From assembly GCA_012295275.1 (NCBI GenBank), contig CM022670.1:12152001-12216000 (forward strand): a stretch of DNA of 64,000 nt. The letters are read 5' to 3'. A program made the translations under genes and the position numbers. Within the stretch, counting starts at the first letter, position 1. The number at the start of each line of letters is the position of its first letter. The notes beneath the pieces are model-generated. The model saw only the letters and a program-made list of their open reading frames with translations. It searched no databases and was not told the origin of the DNA. Positions 1 through 13,965 of this stretch are shown here, piece after piece. Source of the DNA: Chrysomallon squamiferum. Lineage: Eukaryota > Animalia > Mollusca.

Positions 1-3000
1 CTGTACAGGAAAATACTTCACTGAGAATGGACTGGTTGGCTTGCTGGAACAGGCTGCCAGCTCTTTCACAATGGTGACACTAATTTAGTTATCTTAGTTT
101 TTAAAAATCATTTTTATTTATTTATTTATCTATTTATTTATCTTTTTCTCTTTCTATTCCCAGTTTTATATCACAGTTCCACTTTGTACATCCTCTTGTT
201 CATATTTTCTCTTTCACTCTGAGTTTTAATCTTTTTTCTTTTTTTTCTTTTTGTATTACCTTTCTGTAAGGATTTAGCCTGTTATTTTGTTATTTAACAA
301 GACAGACAACAACAGAGAGAAATATGAAAAAAGACAATTGTAAAAATTTCTCAGGATAAATTTGAGGAAAAATAAACTAAAAACAAAATCAGATTACTGT
401 TTTTAAAACTGCTTATCTATAAAACATCATAATATTGTTAAAACAGGCGGGGCTATTCGAAGCTGTCAATCAAGTGTACAAGATCCTCCTCCCCATCCAC
501 GAGGCAAGTCGAGATTACAAAAAACTGGCTCACATTCACCAGAAACTGCAGGAAGCTTTCAACCAGGTCATCAAACAGGTAATTATAATTAATACCTGGT
601 TAATTTGAATTTTGTTATAGTATAGGAAGTTTTTATTTGGTGCTGACCTAAATTTTTCGTATATCCCGAAACACTGCTTTCAGTTACAAAAATAATCAAA
701 TGTTAACCCTTTTAACCATATTTATTGCTATTATTGTTCTTATTCTTATTGTTACTACTACTACTACAACTGCTACCACTACTACTACTACTGTTACTAC
801 TACTATTATTATTATTATTATTATTATTATTACTAGTATTATTATGTTTGACTGCTATAGGAAGGAAAGAGGATATTTGGCACGTATTTCCGAGTAGGAT
901 TCTATGGGACCAAGTTTGGAGATTTGGATGGAGATGAGTTTATTTACAAAGAGCAGTCAATCACAAAACTCTCTGAGATTTCATTCAGACTTGAGGTATT
1001 TGAACTATTCTATTTTGTTTTGTTTTTGTTTGTTTGTTGTTGTTTTTTTTGTTATATATTGATTTTAAAAAAAGGATATTTTGTTATATTATGGTTGTAT
1101 TATTATGAACAGATGTTATGAATATTTATATTTTCAGAGTTTCTATGGTGATAGATTTGGCTATGATGTACTTCACATGATCAAAGATTCCAACACTGTT
1201 GAGAAACAAAAACTTGATCCAAACAAGGTAAACTGATTTTTATTGTGTTCACATTTAAATTTTTATATGTTGAAACATACCTGTACTGGTTTAAAGAATT
1301 GTCTAAATATATTTTGCATATCTCAAGAAATTGTTTTATATTTATTTAGATCAGTCTTTGCTAATAATAAAACAGATGATAAAATACATGTTTATGAATA
1401 ATTAAAGCCTGTTTTTTTTTCATAATCTCTTGTTTATTGATAGGATTTGTATTTTGTTATTTTCAGGCCTATATTCAAATCACTTACGTGGAACCTTATT
1501 TTGATATGTATGAGTTCAGAGAAAGAATCACCTACTTTGATAAAAACTACAACATCAGTATGTATTTTAGTCCAGTGGATTTATCAAAACATATCATCTG
1601 TCTTACTTTTCATAAATTAAACTCTTTATATTTTTCATAAAATATCTATTTCAAATGTACTTGAGTTGAATTTAATCATGCTGTATAATACATCCCCAAA
1701 CAGTGAAAAACATTAATGTCAAATGTAAACTTAGTATTTATGAAATTCTTTTTTAACTTAACTGCATATTAAAATATAATACAAAATATTTATTCTAGTA
1801 TATATTATTTATCAACAAACATACAGATTGGAATTGAATGCATCTAGAAGAGAGTGACATAGAGATCCTTTTTTATTTTTTATATTATTATTCAGATCAG
1901 TGTAATCCTTTTTTGCTTTTTGTTTTCAGTTTACTTTTTTTAAATTTTCAATTTTCATTTAGCTGGTTTTTTTTTTTAATCACACAAACTTGTGTTTGTA
2001 GGGAGATTCATGTATGCCACACCATTCACACTGGATGGTCGAGCCCACGGAGAACTTCACGAACAGTACAAGAGAAAAACCATCCTGACAACAAGTCACA
2101 GTTTTCCCTACGTGAAGACTCGCATGCAGGTCATAGAGAGACAACAGATTATTCTGTCTCCAGTAGAAGTTGCAATTGAAGATGTTCAGAAGAAAACCAA
2201 AGAACTCGCTTTAGCTTTACGACAAGAACCTCCTGACACCAAGATACTGCAGATGGTCTTGCAGGGTTGTATTGGTACAACTGTCAACCAGGCAAGTACT
2301 GTATAGGTGTAAACACTGTATCATGTAAACATCATGTAAACATTAAAGTTAAAATTAGTCAAATAAATAAGTACTATAATCCATACATATACAACAGTCA
2401 AGCCAAAAACTTAATTCATATTTTATACTGCAGCACTGATGTTGGTAAATTACAAGAACAAATTTTGAAAATTAATGTTTATAATCACATATTGTTTCAG
2501 GGTCCACTTGAAGTGGCGCTGGTGTTTCTAGCCGATGTAGCAGAGGGAAAACAACTTCCTAGTCGACACCACAACAAACTACGCCTGTGTTTTAAAGACT
2601 TCCTCAAAAAGTAAGTATCATCCCTGACCAGCATTCCACAATAATCTGGTATTTATTCATATTGAAAATATTTGGGAGGTACGTTAAATATTAATTTCTT
2701 AATTCAAAAAACTGTTATCCATTTCTAAATGAATGGAATACTGTTTTTAAAATAATTTATATAAATATATGTTCAGTAAGATTTCATGTATATATAAAAA
2801 ATGTATATATGTTTTTTTCACTAAAATTCATAGTAAATGTTTTTGTTTTCTAGATGTGGTGACGCACTGCACAGAAACAAGACTCTGATTACACATGAAC
2901 AGAAGGAATATCAGCGAGAACTGGAGCGTAACTACCACACATTCAAAGAAAAACTTCAACCCATGATCTCTAACTCTGCCACACTCAGACGTTCCAGGCA

Positions 3001-3678
3001 TCACAAGAGGTAAAAATTTAAAAAAACAGACTTAATTAATACTTTTATTTCATTACACAAACAGATGAGTTAGATTAAAAAAAACAGCCTTAATAATTAT
3101 TTAGGATGTAAAATGTGGATAATTATTTAGGGTTGATGCAGTGATGCCATTATTTTTTAAAGAATGAAGTAAAATTTTAATTGTTTTAAACAGTTTTAAA
3201 TGTTCTTTTTGTTAACTAAACCAAATATTCTATTGTGTTATAACATTTCATTTTAAAAACTTCTTTTTCTTCTTCTGTTTTAGCAGCAGTCAATTATTAA
3301 CGTTTAATAATGACAGTGCATATTACACTTTTCTGAAATAATGTCTGCAATTTAAATATTTTTAATAATTCAAGCATTAATAATGAATATTCCAAATATC
3401 TTTTTAAATCAAGAATTTCAGTGAGATAATATCCTGTTATGAGCATTCTCAAAAACATAAATGAAATATTTAAAAAAAAAAAAAAATAAAAACAACAAAA
3501 CAAAACAACTTTAAAAAAAAAAGAAATAAAAAGAAACTAATATTTAATAATAAGAATAAAAAAAAAAGATATATCATAAATCTATTCTTAAATGACTAAA
3601 CCACAAAAATACTTTTTCACTTTCAGCAAAGATGGTAAAGAACGGAAAAGAATTGAACATAATGTTTCAGTGTGTTGA
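1..3678 (+). CDS. DOCK7: Dedicator of cytokinesis, DOCK-C subfamily (DOCK6/7/8, Drosophila Zir-like); 3' part encoding the DHR2 GEF domain and C-terminus, 5'-truncated by the window edge
   Basis: Exons <1-73, 447-578, 861-995, 1138-1227, 1467-1557, 2002-2291, 2501-2610, 2854-3009, 3627-3678 join in frame. All introns are GT-AG except 2292-2500 (GC-AG). Translation: [51 protein letters not shown].../[23 protein letters not shown]...FIYKE.../[13 protein letters not shown].../[31 protein letters not shown]...[21 protein letters not shown]...[12 protein letters not shown].../[20 protein letters not shown]. This is the DOCK7-type DHR2 signature. The last exon ([17 protein letters not shown]) is less certain. 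Confidence 0.95.
745..845. repeat. (TAC)n/(TAT)n trinucleotide microsatellite in a DOCK intron
   Basis: Visible directly; it produces the poly-T/I/L ORFs at 700-937. Confidence 0.9.
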
Positions 3679-4280
3679 AGATTCCTGGTGAAATGAGAAT
3701 GTTTAATCAGAAGAATAAAAAGAAAAAAGTTTAACATTTAATCAAAGATAATATTCAATAATGTGTCAAATAAAAGAGCAATCATACCAATGAATATCAG
3801 AAATATTTGACAATGGATTTGAACAACACATTTCTGTGTGAAGGGATTAGATGAATATGAGATAAATTTCTGAGAAGGTTATACTGTGATTTTTTATCTG
3901 CCAAAAAAACATTGTGTTTACACATAATCTTTACTTCTATTTATACATTAAAAATAAAATCAATGTTCTGTTTTATATCTTCAAAAAAAAAAAAAAAGAA
4001 AGTAAAAACATACTTATAGTTATGATGTTAAATGTTAGTCGTGTTATCTCCTACCTTGTTTTTAATGGAGTTTTTATTTTATTGATTCCTGTTTGCAATC
4101 AGTTTATTAGAATCACCCATATGCTTTAGTCACTGGTATGCTGTAATCCACCCATTTATGACTTCATCAGTAAATTATAGTGACCAAATTATCACCATTA
4201 AATTATTATCATTTTACTGTGGTAGTAGTATATTGTAGTGACCAACATAACATACAGTCTTCTTTGTAAACAGCAGTAAA

Positions 4281-4592
4281 CAGTATAGACCACATATACT
4301 GTAATCATCAAAATATTGTTCCACACAAGTGCAATGGACCAGTACAATACAGACCACGTATATTGTAATCATCAAAATATTGTAAATTCCAGTACAGTAT
4401 AGACCAAGTATATTGTAATCATCAAAATATTGTAAACACCAGTACAATATAGAATGTATATTGTAATCATCAAGATATTGTAAACACAAGTACAATATAG
4501 ACCATGTATATTGTGATCATCAGGATATTGTAAACTCCAGTACACAACATAGACCATGTGTATTATAAATATAAAGATATTGTAAACACAAG
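4281..4592. repeat. About 50-bp minisatellite, about 6 degenerate copies, downstream of the DOCK stop
   Basis: Recurring unit close to agtacaatatagaccatgtatattgtaatcatcaaaatattgtaaacacc. Confidence 0.85.
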
Positions 4593-7500
4593 ATAAAACA
4601 ATTTGTCATTTTTCTGTAGTTAAAATGTTTGCATGAACATAAGTGCTGTGATTTTAATTCTTTTAAATTTTAAAAACCTTTGTCATTATATCATACTTTT
4701 TCTTTTTTCTTTTTTTTTAATGATATAATTTTCAAAGAACTTTTAAAATATTTTTTTGCTGTTTTGTAAGTAAGTGAAGTTGAAATAATTTGCTTTTATC
4801 TTTAAAAAAAAATTTAAGAAAAATCCTATTATATTTTTGAAAATATAATTATAATAACAGAATCTGTAATAGAATAAGAAATGCTTTTACAGTTGGTACT
4901 TTGTGGTATACCATTAACTGGATTAATTACTGCTATTATAGGATAAAATAGTTAGGCTGGTCCATATGTGTGAGAGAAAATAATAGATGTATTTTAATAC
5001 GGTTACATTTATTTATTTTATTTCATTTTATTATATACACTACTTGCTAAGAATAAAGGACAGCTGGACTTGAGCATTTTATATATAATTTATGTATCTT
5101 CTTTTCTTTATTTTTTTGATATATAACAATTTAAACAAAATAAAACAAGGTAAATTAAAGTTGAGATTGACATGTATATGTGTCTGAATTTGTTGACAAA
5201 TTCCTTCATAATAAAATATTTTATTTAGGGATCAACTGCATTTGTTTGTATGCAAAATGTTAACTTGTAATATATATTTTTTATGAGTTTGAGACTTGAA
5301 TCTCTACACTTTGTGAGACAAATATATACATACATGTTGTATACTTTCATTGATTGTTTTGTGATTTTTGTTAGGCAAAGTAGCAAAATTTATTTTATTT
5401 TTAGTAGTAAAAGAAGTACACTTAAAAGGGGAAAAGAAAAAAAAAAAAAACCCACAAAAAACAAAGGAGAATTCAAATATTTATATTTTGTAAATGTTTT
5501 GTGTCTATGGTGAAGACATGATTTTCTCACTGTGTTCATTTTGACAATATCAGATTGTATTGGATAAATTTTGTAAGAATGACTTAAAAAAAGCAGGAGC
5601 TTATCTCATGAATACAACTTTATTTTAATTCAACTTTTAAAAAAAAGTAGAAAAAAGAATTCTCATTATAATTACATATGCTGTTTTAAAGAGATTTTGT
5701 GTCTAAGGTGAATTAGATGTATTTTGACTTTTCATATGTTTGTTTAGTAGAATGTAGTGTATTTCATATTACAGCATTAATCTAATAACAACCAAAACTG
5801 TCTCATTTTTTAAGGTATAAAAATCCTTGTTTTAATTAATTTAAAAAAAAAAAAAAAAAAAAACTTGAAAGAAACCTTTTGTAATAAAATAATAATTTGA
5901 TGTTTTAAATTTTCTTACTTTGTGGACATATTTAAGAAACTAAAATATTTTTATTTTCTGATTTTATTTCCTCTAATCAAGACAGGTTCCGTGCATTTTA
6001 CTATCTTTCTTTTTTTTTTTTTTTGATCTGCATGAATATTAGACATATTACATTAGTGCTTTTTGTTTTTTTCTTAAATAAGTTTAGCAGTTTTAATTTA
6101 ACATAAATAAAATATGGAATGCCTCTTGCATTTTCAGCAGATATGTGTGTTTTTGGAGTCAGAATGTCTGTCTGTACAGTTTGTGGAAAGACTGTTGGTA
6201 GTTAATTTTGCACAATCTTTTACATATTTTACATGCAGAAATCTAGAAACTTTTTTTCTGACACATTGTAACTGTTCTAAATGTGATTATAATTTTGTTG
6301 GTGCTGCTTAAAGAATCTAGTCCTGGTTTTTTTTTGGTTATGTGCAATATTTCATTTCTCATGTATTTTTATATCTTCAGTTATTTATTTTAATGTGTTT
6401 TTTGTGGCATATGATGTAATCATAATAAGAGTTAAAAATTACAGTTTGTTTTCTGTTGTATTTAAAGTGATGTACAATATATTAAGAAGTGAACATTAAA
6501 ATGTTCTGTTTTTGTCCAGTAGTCATTTTAATTTAAACGTGTGCGTGATATGTTCCCATACCCTACCAGGTTTGCATTAAAGCATCCATTTTTGTTATTA
6601 ATACTATTTAAAAAATTTGCTTTGAACTTTTTTCATAATAAATCAGTTGAAAAAGAAAGCTGGTTGTGTTGTTATTAAAATCTGAAGGTTTGTGCTGTCA
6701 CTGGACTACTTATCACTGCTGCTTTGATGAAGGATTAAACCTGCACAGAACTGGGTAAATAAAAGTGACAGAAATAATAAAAAAAAAAAAAAAACCTATA
6801 TTTCTTGTTGCTTTTGCACTTGCAGAGATGATTAAATACTTTTTTTTTTTTTAATGAAGACAAAAATATTCTTTCTTTTTAAAACATCTTACCTGGTTAC
6901 AAACACTATGTCAACAATATGTGACATGAAATGCAGAAGAAAAAAAAAAAACCATCAAATTTCTAAGAACAAAATCCGTTCATCCACAAAAAAACAAAAA
7001 CCTTTATTTTTAAAATGTTATTTATTGTATTATTGTATAATTATATACTGTTATCAAATGTAAAAGTTATAATTTACATTACCTCATTAAAGTTTTAAAC
7101 AAACATTCTGGCAATATTTGTAAAAGACAGTAGCAATCTCATAATTCCTTTACAACCTTGTAACCAAATTGTAAGAGTAAGAAAATGACTGTTAATAAAA
7201 ACCAAAATAATAAAAATGTAAAAATCACACTGGATTAATATTATCATTCATCATCAATTCAGTTTTTAGAATTTTCAGTACAAACTGTATTCTGATTTGT
7301 CAGTCTCTTTAGTTCAAACAAATATGTCACACTTATCACACAAGTCCTTCAAATACATTTAATACATGACAAAACATAATTTGATTATAAAAAGTTATAT
7401 TAAATATAGTGAATATGGATAATTTAATTAATAATAAAATAATAAAATGTTAATAACAAAAAAGGTTTTTTATGCTCAAATTTTTATATATTAAAACAGA

Positions 7501-7944
7501 TTTATTCATTTTTTTGTCTGCATTAAGAAAATGAATATATTTTTTTTTTTTTTTTTAAGTTTTGACTATTTTTAATATGCCAATTATTTTCGAATGTAAA
7601 AGGAAATTAAACTAAACAATGCTCCAATCCCCTACAAAATTTCAGAGTCTATAATCACATGTATATTGTATGTTGATATAATATTTAGTCATGTAAATTC
7701 AACAAACTAAATTAAGATTTGTTTTCAGATCTAACAAAAATGTATAAAAATTATTTCCTTCTTAAAGTATTTTAATAAGAATTCACAGAAACATGCAGTC
7801 CAATCTGTTATTGTGGTCTTCAGTTAGTAAATGTCATACAGTACTATAAAAACTGGCATTGTATTTATTTACTTTTAAAAAATAATTTTTGGCAATGTTC
7901 CTACAAAACTGGTTCTGGTGATAATAAATATTTAGGTTTTTAAA

Positions 7945-9586
7945 TTAAGCCAGTTTTAGGACAGCTTGCTTGGCATTATAAATACAATCATTTACTGCTG
8001 CACCAAGGTAAGAAGAACCAATCAGAGTAAGTGGAATATTCTGCTCCTCAATGTATTTAAACATGGCTTCCACTTTAGCAGAGTGACCAACCAGGTAGTG
8101 AGGTATGCATTCCTGAAAAAAAAAAAAAAAATAATAATAATAATTTCATATAAATAAAAAAGATAATATATATATATAAAAAAAAAAAATTTTCTATTCA
8201 ATTTAAATTATTTGAGGATAATCAAGTAATTCCAATATTTTTGGAAATTTATAAATTAAATAGTTGATGTGTTATTGTTAAAACTAGAGTAATCACCTGG
8301 TAAACCAAAACAAATTAAAATAAGACAGTTTGAAATGCTACAATGCAAACAACCCCTCATCTCAAACAGAATAACCAACAAAAATCCAAATTTGAAAAGG
8401 AAAAATAAACGGAAAGATGGAATAAATAAAATGGTAAACATTTTTTGTAACAAAAATTACAAATAACTTAAATCTGTCTATTGTGATTTACTAGTCACCT
8501 TGTTAATAGACACTTTTGTTTTGGATGGAGTGCCTGAAACACCAAGTTGTTGTTTGAGTTGTTTGAGTGTCATTTCCAGGAAGATCCCTTCATCTAATTT
8601 TGGGTTGAGTTCTAGAAGATCCTGGAACCAGGCTCCTCCCAATATTACCTGAAATACATTGTTAAAAATATTTTCTATCAACCAGATGCTGATTAATTTA
8701 TTTTTCAGACAAAATGTTTGCAGAAATATTTTTACTGGTTTAGGAACATTATTAAGTTATGCCCCTTAACTCCTTGCTTCATCTCCAAAACCCTTGTTTC
8801 TTTCCAGCCATTTCTAAAACTGACACGTTTTTATTTACAAAACAAAATGAGTGAGAGATTAATTATCTTTTCTGTCCTTTTGAAATGGTCACTCAGTCAG
8901 GGGTAGGCAACATCTGAATCTATGTATTAGAAAAAGGTAAGATTAAATAAAGTTAAACTTACAGTTAACCTTGTTGTTTCACCCCCTCCACCTTTGTTAT
9001 GTTGTGGAAAAGAACAGGAGTCATAAATTACTCCTAGAAACGGTCCATTTTCAAACGAAGGTAACAAATGGCCGAAACCCTGGAATAACAGCAATAAATA
9101 TATTAATGAAAACATGAATTTTTGATGATAAAAAAAATAATAATAAATGAGAAGAACAAAGAAGATGAAAAATAAATATCTTGATGGGCTGCAAAACAAT
9201 TAACTGGATTTGAACCAATGAAACAGAATAATCTGTATCTAATAGAAGTTTTTCATTCGCTATTTAATAACTACACTAGATTGAACTGTAAAAGTAAATA
9301 AGTATTTATATTATAAAGGAAAGAGGATAAACAGCTGGTTACAGATAATGAAAAAGCATACGTCGTGTGGTAAATGTTTTCCTTCAAACTCTAAGTTCAC
9401 TACCACCACATTTGCTGCTGGAATACTCTGCAAATGTTTGGTGAGAGTTTCATGAGTGGGTAACAGCCTGGCCAAATCTGTTTTAAAAAAGAAAGAAGCT
9501 GAATTTATACAAACTTACTGTTTTATTTTGCTTTTTGTTTTCAATTATGTAAGTTTAAAATTACATATGTATGTATGCACGCACAC

Positions 9587-9622
<36 letters not shown>

Positions 9623-12600
9623 AACCACCCCCACCCCCCACACACCCCTACACACCCACCCACCCACCCACCCCCCTATACAAATACAAGTTGTGAATGC
9701 ATGTGTGCATATGTAATATAATGGAAGTCATTTTACATCGGTCATCAGACCTTTGGCATAAACTGATGAAATCACATGATCAGCCACAATGTCTCCATCC
9801 TTAGTTTTCACCTGAAAAATGAAGTCAGTACTCTAGTATAGTAATAATAACACAAAAATAATTTAAAAAAATTAAATATCCATTAGCTGATTTCAAATTT
9901 ATAAATGATAATGAAAGAAAAAATTAAATTTCACATTCAACAAATAAGGTACCTGTAATGTGCGTATAAGAAAGTAATTTTTAATGACATACCGTACAGG
10001 GACAATATTATTTAAAAGTTTAATTAAAAAAGCTTATGCACAGAAAGAAATACAAAAATACAATCATTAATTTAAAATTAAACACAAAAATAAAAATGAT
10101 ATAATAATAAGTTCCAGAATTTCAAAAAAATAAAAATAAAAAAATAAAATAAATAAAATAAAAAAATACAGAAAGAAAGAAAACCAAACCCTATAAAAAG
10201 TGGTAGTTTTACAACAAGATCCCCTCACTTAGATAAATAATCTTTTTTAAATACCTTCATTTTATTTCCTGGTAAGGATTCCAGCCCTACACACTTCCTG
10301 TTAGTCTGAATTTCTGTGTTTTTCACAGACACTGCCAGAGTCTCTGTGAGTTGTTGTAGTCCGTTTTTCAGCTGCCATGTTGACCATCTTTCTGCTTTTG
10401 CCTTCTTAACCAACTCAGACTTGGGTTTAGGTCTATGTTTCATTTCTGGAAAAATAAATAAAAAATAAAAATAAATAAATAAATTGTCTGTTGATGTAAA
10501 CGTATATATACACATACAGAAACATTTATTTAGTTTTTAAGAAGGTACTTTAAAATAGTAATATTGTTACTGGGAGCAATCTTGTTGGGAGCAATCTTTT
10601 TTAAATAATAAAATATTATTATAAAATAACAAGCAGGTAAGGATACATACATTTTTGATATTTAATTTTAATTATTTTATTATTTGGATAAAACTAGTTT
10701 AGAGAAAAATATAGGACATGGCTACTGAGCTCTGACTTACTCAGTTTGTCCCCTAATTTTTTATTTGTACATATCTGTATCTTGAATGACATTATATCAA
10801 AAATGAAAATGTTGGATTACATACATCTCATTATTTGATTTTAATTATTTTAGTGCTTGGGTAAAAGCAACTTAAAGAAAAAGATAAAATATTAATTATG
10901 TTGAATATAAAATATATCCAAGCTATCTGTATGTACTGTCAAAGATACACTTTAATAACAAAACTGAAAAATGATGACATTACTGCTGGATATTAACCTC
11001 TTGCCATTTTAAATCCTCCTTTCAACAAAGATCCATATTTCTTCTCCATTTTAAACACTTCTGGGAAACAGGCCAGCATACTTAGCTCACGGCTGTTACC
11101 TGCATAAATTCCTCGACAAACTGGATCCATCAAGTATTTGGCTACCTGTAAAAATAAAGTGAAAAACTTATAATAGGCTAATATAATTAAGTATGTAAAA
11201 ATAAAGTGAAAAGCTTTATATAGATATATTTATATATGTAAAAAATATTTTTTTTTACAGCTATATATTTATGTCTGTAAAAAATAAAGTGAAAAGCTTA
11301 TTATAATATATTTATATATGTAAAAATAAAGTGAAAATCTTTTTTATAGATATATTTATTTACGTATAAAATTAATTTCTATATAAATATATAAATGTAT
11401 TTAAAAGGTGAATAACTTTTTATATATAGATTTACTTATGTAAAAATAAAAGTGAAAATTTACTATATTACTATTTTATGTAAAAAAAGTGGAAGCTTAT
11501 TAAAATGCATTTAGATATGTAAACAAATGGTGAATTGTTTTTATAGATATATTTATGTACTTTAAAAAATAAGGTAAAAACCTTTTTATAGACATATTTA
11601 TGTAAAAATAAAAGTGAAAAGGTTTTTACAATATATTTAGATAAAGAAAACAATTCAGATGCAATAGTTATGTTAAAATAAATGTGAAAGCAAGCCAAAT
11701 AAATATTTGTACAGATACAACGACACAAAACACACACATCCATATTCATACATCCCACCTACAAACATACATACTGACAACATACACCTTTTTACCTCTG
11801 TTCCAAATCTTCTTCCCATAAAACTGTCAACAGTTTCATCAGTCAAATCAGATTTTCTTTTGAAGAATTCCCTGATCCCATACCAGGCAAGAGGTTTAGT
11901 GAATGGAGGTTGTGTCTTTATTGCTCCTTTCAATCCTAGTAAATCAATAAATAGCCAAATATGTCAAAACATAACTAAAAATATAAATCATGAAGTAAGT
12001 AAATAATTACATACGTATCATAAAACATAACAATCAAGTTTTAAAAAAAAAAACCCACTAAAAATGAGAAAAAAACAAAGGTTGGTATAAATATACAAGT
12101 AAAATAATTACATAAAAATTTAAAGAAATAGTAATCTTAATGAGGAAAAAAAGAATACCACCACCACCAGCTACAACCAAAATACAACAAAAAACAACAA
12201 GCAAAAAAGCAACAAAAAAAAAATACCGTCACAAAACAACAACAACAACACAGCAGACAAAAACAAAAACAAAACAGATGTATACAAAATATAGAGTAAT
12301 TTGTTCATAAGACTTTCAGGCAAGTAGAAGTCTCACATACCACTTGGCAGAGCATACATCTGATTGTGAACATAAATGTATCTGTGTCTGGCAGCAGAAC
12401 TGGTGATAAGACATGGCAATACTTGATTACCCAGACCAAGTTCTTCTACCTACAACAACAACAACAACAACAACAAAACAAAATAATAATAGTAATAATA
12501 ATAGTAAAAATGATAACAATAACAAAATAATGACAATAATAACAGTAATAATAAATAAATAAATAAATATATAAATATTGTAATACTCATAGAAATAGTA

Positions 12601-13663
12601 AAAGAAATGAAATTTAAAAAACACCTTGCAGCACAGAAACACAGACTATGTCTGCACTTGAAAAATATTTTTAATAAGTTGTTCAGTACCCAAAGTAGAT
12701 GAAATTAATGAATACAGCTGACTGATATCTATAGAAATTTAAACTAAAATAAAATAAGAAAGAGAAGTAAAAAAATAAAATAAACTTTTTAAAAATAAAA
12801 TAAAATTAAAATCATGTGTAAAGTAACAATATTTTAGTTTACCAGTTCCAGTGAATTTACTGCTTTGATTCCTGCAGTTCTCATACTGCGGGGTCCATGT
12901 TCAAAAATGGTACCATCCCCAAATCTTGTTGTCTTTATCCATCCTCCCAGTCTGTTACTGCCTTCCAAAACCAAAATCTGAAAAGAGAGAGAGAGAGGTG
13001 AAAATAAAATAAAAATATAAATATTAAATAATAAATATAAATAATAAAACATTTACTGATAAAAATACACTTTTTGATAATGAATTAAAATTAATATTTA
13101 TCTAATTTCAGAAATGAAGAAAAAACCCGCCAAAAAAACCCAACAAAAAACCAACTACAAATAATAATAATAATAATAAAAAAATTAAATAAAAAATAAA
13201 AAAATAAAAAAGCCATGATTAAAACTAGTGGAAATTAGAAAAAGGTGCTTTAAATTAAGTTGCAGTGAGACTTAAAAATATATTTAAGAAAAAAAAACCC
13301 ACACCAAACAAACAAAAAGTAAACACCCGAACTTATTAACGACAAAAATGACTTTATGATTTCAATTATGTGTTCAAGCACATATTACGTGGGTATACAT
13401 TTTGACTTTGACCTAAATTTATACAAGTTTGGAATAAATCTGTAATGGCACATTACCAAAAAGCAGTTATTATTTTATTTTTTAAATAAGGCTATTATAA
13501 CTGTTATATGCATTTTTAAAACGCTATTTTATTTATATTAATTGTGTAAGGTATAAATTCATGTTTGTACTGTACGTTACTTTACGTGATCACGTTTGGC
13601 AACGTCAAGTAGGTTGTTTGATGAAAACAACAACAACAATACCCCTTGTAATTTAATTGTGAT

Positions 13664-13724
<61 letters not shown>

Positions 13725-13965
13725 TAACAGAGGAAAATATTTAGTTTGCCTTCCTTAAAGTTATAAATCAAAATAAATATAATCTGATTTAACTTTCCGG
13801 TTTCGTACAAATATTCTTTATACTAAAAATAGTCTGCATCTATAAACTATTTTATAGTATATAAAAAATTACCTTGCCAAATTTATTAGAAGCGTGTTTG
13901 CTGAGATAATATGCAGCTGACAGCCCGCTTATACCTCCTCCAAGTATGACAGCAGTCTTTGACAT
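7945..13965 (-). CDS. PPOX: Protoporphyrinogen oxidase (heme biosynthesis), complete, 11 exons, 475 aa
   Basis: Minus-strand exons 13965-13873, 12977-12843, 12449-12341, 11935-11796, 11145-10998, 10445-10255, 9811-9751, 9477-9362, 9079-8963, 8648-8499, 8112-7945. All introns are GT-AG, phases agree, and the total is 1428 nt. Motifs: MSKTAVILGGGISGLSAAYYL (FAD-binding GxGxxG), LEGSNRLGGWIKT, FEHGPRSMR, DETVDSFMGRRFGTEVA, DPVCRGIYAG, GFGHLLPS, LGVIYDSC, CIPHYLVGH, GSSYLGAAVNDCI. Confidence 0.97.
11146..11640. repeat. About 41-bp AT-rich minisatellite (about 12 degenerate units) in PPOX intron 4, abutting the exon 5 acceptor
   Basis: Core tgtaaaaataaagtgaaaa recurs near 11147, 11194, 11277, 11319, 11439, 11479 and 11600, with degenerate copies in between. 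Confidence 0.8.
13667..13728. repeat. (AAT)n microsatellite in PPOX intron 1
   Basis: Visible directly. Confidence 0.9.
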
